Assembly (NCBI GenBank): GCA_964016885.1
Contig: OZ024742.1
Span: 116,498,001 to 116,562,000, forward strand
From: Eledone cirrhosa
Lineage: Eukaryota
Direction of reading: 5' to 3'
Length of the DNA: 64,000 nucleotides
Positions 59,428-64,000 of this stretch are shown one piece after another (the stretch's first letter is position 1; each line of letters begins with the position of its first letter). Both the position numbers and the translations under genes were made by a program. Below the pieces are notes generated by a model that saw only the letters and a program-made list of their open reading frames with translations, had not been told where the DNA came from and did no database searches.

Positions 59428-59966
59428 AATTGGTGCTCTGAAATAGCGATATATATATGAATGTATATATAGAGTATTTTGCAATAAACTATATGCTTAA
59501 TTAAAAGCATTTTCAAGATCTTACATTTTAAAGTAGTGACTATGTCACTTATTTCTTTTTTTCAGAAAACAAAGGGAGATAAGCTGACAGATCTTTGTTT
59601 CGTACTGTTGGTACTCCTCAGAGCTTAGCACTCCCTTTGCCTGCTGAAAATTATGAATGTTGGATTCTTATAGAATTCCAGTAATAATCAGGAACTGATT
59701 ATACAGAGCGGTTGCCGGTCCAGCAAAAATTGAAAATTAGAATTGGTGCTCTGAAATAGCGATATATATATGAATGTATATATAGTGTATTTTGCAATAC
59801 ACTGTATGCTTAATTAAAACATTTTGAAGACCTTACGCTGTTGTTTTAAAGTAGTGACTATGTCACTTACTTCTTGTTTGCTGAAAAAAGAAGTAAGTGA
59901 AATAGTCACTACTTTAAAACAATAGAGTAAGGTCTTCAAAATGCTTTTAATTAAGCATACAGTGTA
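59428..59966 (-). mobile_element. ~313-bp hammerhead unit with terminal direct repeat and 5' fold-back (retrozyme-like)
   Basis: Direct repeat 59428-~59565 / 59741-~59885; inverted repeat 59798-59966. Confidence 0.85.
59570..59639 (-). ncRNA. Canonical full type I hammerhead ribozyme (GUC)
   Basis: CAAAGGGAG tgc TAAGCT-CTGAGGA-GTAC caaca GTAC-GAAA-CA aagatc TG-TC-AGCTTA t CTCCCTTTG. Confidence 0.92.
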
Positions 59967-59968
59967 TA

Positions 59969-60008
<40 letters not shown>

Positions 60009-60359
60009 GGAAAAAATGAAACGAAATTTCATTTCTCACACTTAGTGCGGCTGTTACTTAAATATAAGTATGTATACATATATGTATACTTCCGTTTCCT
60101 TCGTCTCTCTCTCTCTCTCTCTCTACTACGTTCTCACCGATAACATACGTGTTCTCTTGCTCTCTCGCTGTTAATAAGGTCCCGTGGGCTTAAACCCTCT
60201 CTCTCCCCTCCGTTACTTAGTTACATGTGCCATTGTCCTGTGTTTCCCCCTTCTATCGGTATGTTATTTTTTCTTCGGTTTCTCTCTTTTTTTACTTTTT
60301 ATTTTCTCTCTACGCTATCGCCTTTCTGTCCCTCATAACTTCTTGGTAATAAGTTATAT

Positions 60360-60363
60360 ATTT

Positions 60364-60427
<64 letters not shown>

Positions 60428-60930
60428 CTTTATCTATACATATATATATAACTATATATATACATATATAACTATATATATACATATATAACTATATATA
60501 TATATACATATATAACTATATATGTACATATATATATATAAATACATATTTATATATAAATATATATATACAAATACACACATATATATATATATATATA
60601 GATACATATTATTATATGTATACATATATATATACAAATATATATATATGTATATATACAAATATATATAAACATATATATACAAATGTATATATACAAA
60701 TATATATAAACATATATATACAGATATATATAAATGTATATATACAATTATATATAAATGTATACATACAAATATATATAAATGTATACATACAAATATA
60801 TATAAATGTATATATACATATATATAAGAATGTATATATACATATATAAATATATATATAAATATATATATACATATATATAAATCTATATGTACATTTT
60901 ATATACATAAATATATATATACGCACACAT
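60360..60930. repeat. Degenerate (TA)n-based mini/microsatellite
   Basis: Direct reading. Confidence 0.95.
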
Positions 60931-61049
60931 ACATACCCATGACTGTACTGTACTCAAATATATTCATGCGGCACATATTGTCATGTCGTAATGTACATTT
61001 TCCGTAAAATAAAAGGTGTTAAAATGTCTTTTAATATTGCATAACATAA

Positions 61050-61123
<74 letters not shown>

Positions 61124-61204
61124 GTGTGTGTGTGTATGTAAAAGATAAAAAGAAATAAAATAAAAAGAATATATTAGGTTAACGCTTGAAATGGCAGGAA
61201 TAAT

Positions 61205-61242
61205 ATCTTAACATTTCGGACGCTAGTCCTTCATCAGGAGAA
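61205..61242 (-). ncRNA. Penelope-type minimal hammerhead remnant
   Basis: CTGATGA-a-GGAC tagc GTCC-GAAA-TG-TT. Probably GAAACG with CpG decay; stem I is weak. Confidence 0.6.
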
Positions 61243-61431
61243 AATAACAGGTCCATTGATGTAGCCATAATACATGTGTACCTATAAAATATTTCTGAAA
61301 GAAATTCAGTATAACAAACTTTGAAATGGACTTCAAAATAGTAACCTCCGACTTACTTCCACTGTAAAGTGGTTGGTGACAGGAAGGCACCGCGCTGTAG
61401 AAACCATGCCTAAAATGGATTGAGAGGACCC

Positions 61432-61467
<36 letters not shown>

Positions 61468-62350
61468 CTGTGTGTGTGTGTGTTTATACAGATGTATATA
61501 CGTGTTGTGTTCTTGAACAAAACACTTCTGGAATTGAATAACCAAAACCGTAGCGGTATGTCACATATCAAATCTTATATTTTGTCTAATGAAAACGTAC
61601 TTAAACACCATTGTACCTTTGAAATATGTATAATAAAATATATATTTTGATTATGAGAATATTTTTCATTAATATTTTGAACAATATATATATACATATA
61701 TAAATATGTGTGTGTGTGTGTGGACATGTGTGAGACTATATATAAATATATATAAATGTTTATTACAAACATGACCATTAGCATGATATTTTTACTTTAG
61801 TGTGGTGAGGACATTAGTTATCACCGCTTTATCCTATATAAACTCACACTCGCAGATGCTTGAGTATCAGTAAACCAAGATGCATGTAACACACACGTAC
61901 TCGCGCGCTTTTGATGGCAGGCCCCCGCATAGCGACAGTTAATTGACCGGAACAAGTGAAAATGAATCCACCCTTGCATATGTGTGTGTATGAGAGTGTG
62001 CTTGTGTGCATTAAATTTCCCAGTGCTAAAACATCTCTTCCACTATCAATTAGGATCCCAACACAGTATAGGATGTGATGTATCAGCTTACAATAGCAAT
62101 AAAAGAAATCAAGATGCGGTGACGATAACTAAATACATATGGATCCTAGAACTTCAGTATGTGCCCACTAAATTGTGTGTTTATTTCTAGTATTTCAGCT
62201 AATTTTTCATATATTGTATTGTTTAATCTGTCTTTTGCGGAGGACGTGTTGTTATCTTAGCAACATTGAGTGTATTTTCGTTAAAGTTCCATATTAATTT
62301 CTGTTGTCATTATAGAATATATTGTTATTGTTACTATCGTTATCATTATT

Positions 62351-62575
62351 AGGGCGGTGGATTAACAGTATCGGTAGAGCGTCAAATACCATACTTTTGA
62401 AGCATAGAGTTACGGCCCTTTACGTTCCCAAATCAAATCCTGCCTTACTTAGATTCGCCTTGCATCCTTACGGGGTCGATAAAATAAAGCACCAGTCACG
62501 CACAGGAGTCGAGTTGATCGACCATCCCCTCTCACAATATTGCTGGTTATGTGCCTAAATCTGAAACCATTATCT
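62351..62575 (+). mobile_element. SINE (long-tail variant)
   Basis: Match to the family consensus. Confidence 0.85.
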
Positions 62576-62629
62576 AAACACACACGTGTGTGTGTGTGTA
62601 TGTATGTGTGTATACAACATCAATAAAGC

Positions 62630-64000
62630 CTTTTAAGGCCACTTCCCTGTAAAATCAGGGGTTTACCTTGCGCGTCCCATGAAAAGCTCCTCTATTTTCC
62701 TTATTTTCTGCATCCCCCCTCACCAACCGTCTGATTTTCATTTCCACCCCCATCATGTTTACCATTTCTTTCTTGGTCTTCCTCTGTTTCTACTTCCGTC
62801 CATATTCACTTCCATCACTCTTCCCACCCAGTCACTTTCATCCTTCCTCAAAACATCACCCAATCATTTCATTCCATTTCTCTTCACAACATTCATTACT
62901 GGTTGTATTCCCATCATCTTTTGTGTTACTTACCTCATCCACCGGACCACCATCGTTCCATTTCTTTCCTGTTTTCACTGTTGCTCTCTGTTTACCATCC
63001 ATGTCTAGCTCCCATAATTCATGGCACTTCTCACGTTTGCAGCATATACTTTCCCCTTCACTTTCAGTGACCCAACCTCCCTTAATATACTACATGCACA
63101 TCTCACTGTAGATACTGTCGCAGTCAGATCCACCATCTTCATTCAACATGCATCCGAGGTAACATATACTTTTTTTCACTTTCCATCTTCACTCAATATC
63201 CAAGTTCCATTTGAACATCCTCTTTATCTCTAGCTTCTGCTACACTTTGTTGTAGCTTACACATTATTTATTAATCCCTTCACAACACTACATTTTCGAT
63301 GTACCCATCCAGTACAATTAATGAACACCCTTCCTGTACACTGCACATATCCATCTTCCTGTTCTTTCCATCTCACCGACATTCGTTTCCCCAATATTCA
63401 TTTCCATACCTTTTGCCCTAATGCGTTCCTTTCACTTATTCATCCTCCCCTTCAGACCATCGATACTCCTATTAACAACAGGTCATCAGCCTACAACAAC
63501 TCCAATGTTAAGCTTACCTTTACACATAGGACTGTGTACATTACAAGTAGTAATGGGCTTAATACTGTTTTCTGAAGTACTATAATCATTTCAAACTTTC
63601 CACTGTTCCCGTCCTTCGTTCTCATGACTGTACGCGCGTTTTCATACATTTTCATCACTCCTCTAACCAACCATTCTTGCCCATGTACTTCACCTGTAAC
63701 TGCTTCACAATAAAATTACATCCATCATTCCCCTTTCCGATATAAATCATTACTACATGGCATCACTTATTCCTTTTCCTCATTACTGACACGCTTTCCA
63801 ATACTTTTATATCAAGTTCCGATAACTTAATTGCTCTATACAAACGACAGTCTTAGGGATCGCCTTTTCCATTGTAAAGAGCGATGAGAGTACTAAATTC
63901 CAAATCCATTGGAATTCAGTCTTCTTTTACCACCAACTTCGAGAGGACCCGAAAGCAGTTTTGTTTTGTTTGTTACAATTCCTCTCAAAGGCCATGGGTC
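62630..64000 (-). mobile_element. Decayed RTE-clade LINE (RT to 3' end)
   Basis: Remnant peptides GKGDPK..YRAIKL and KTVLSPLLLVM..ELL*ADDLL; purine-rich C-terminal region; 3' hairpin CCCTG..CAGGG. Confidence 0.78.

Overview
AT-rich eukaryotic (animal) genomic DNA with no recognisable intact host gene. The SINE families and microsatellite load suggest an octopus or other coleoid cephalopod; this is inferred from sequence style only. Most long ORFs in the track are artefacts of (TA)n/(TACA)n/(TG)n tracts. The real coding remnants are all decayed transposons: a near full-length R4/Dong-type RLE non-LTR element, a Penelope-like element (RT + GIY-YIG), a Helitron, a mariner, a hAT(m)-like DNA transposon, a Hero-type RLE fragment and several RTE LINE pieces. 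There are also more than 15 tRNA-derived SINE copies. The most striking unannotated signal is a dense set of type I hammerhead ribozyme motifs: about 15 copies from about 8 unrelated small non-coding repeat families. They sit beside (TA)n tracts in tandem-repeat and 5'-inverted fold-back arrangements. This looks like a population of Penelope-mobilised retrozyme-like elements, some able in principle to release ~313 and ~475 nt (circular) RNAs. Ribozyme folds were read by eye and activity is untested.
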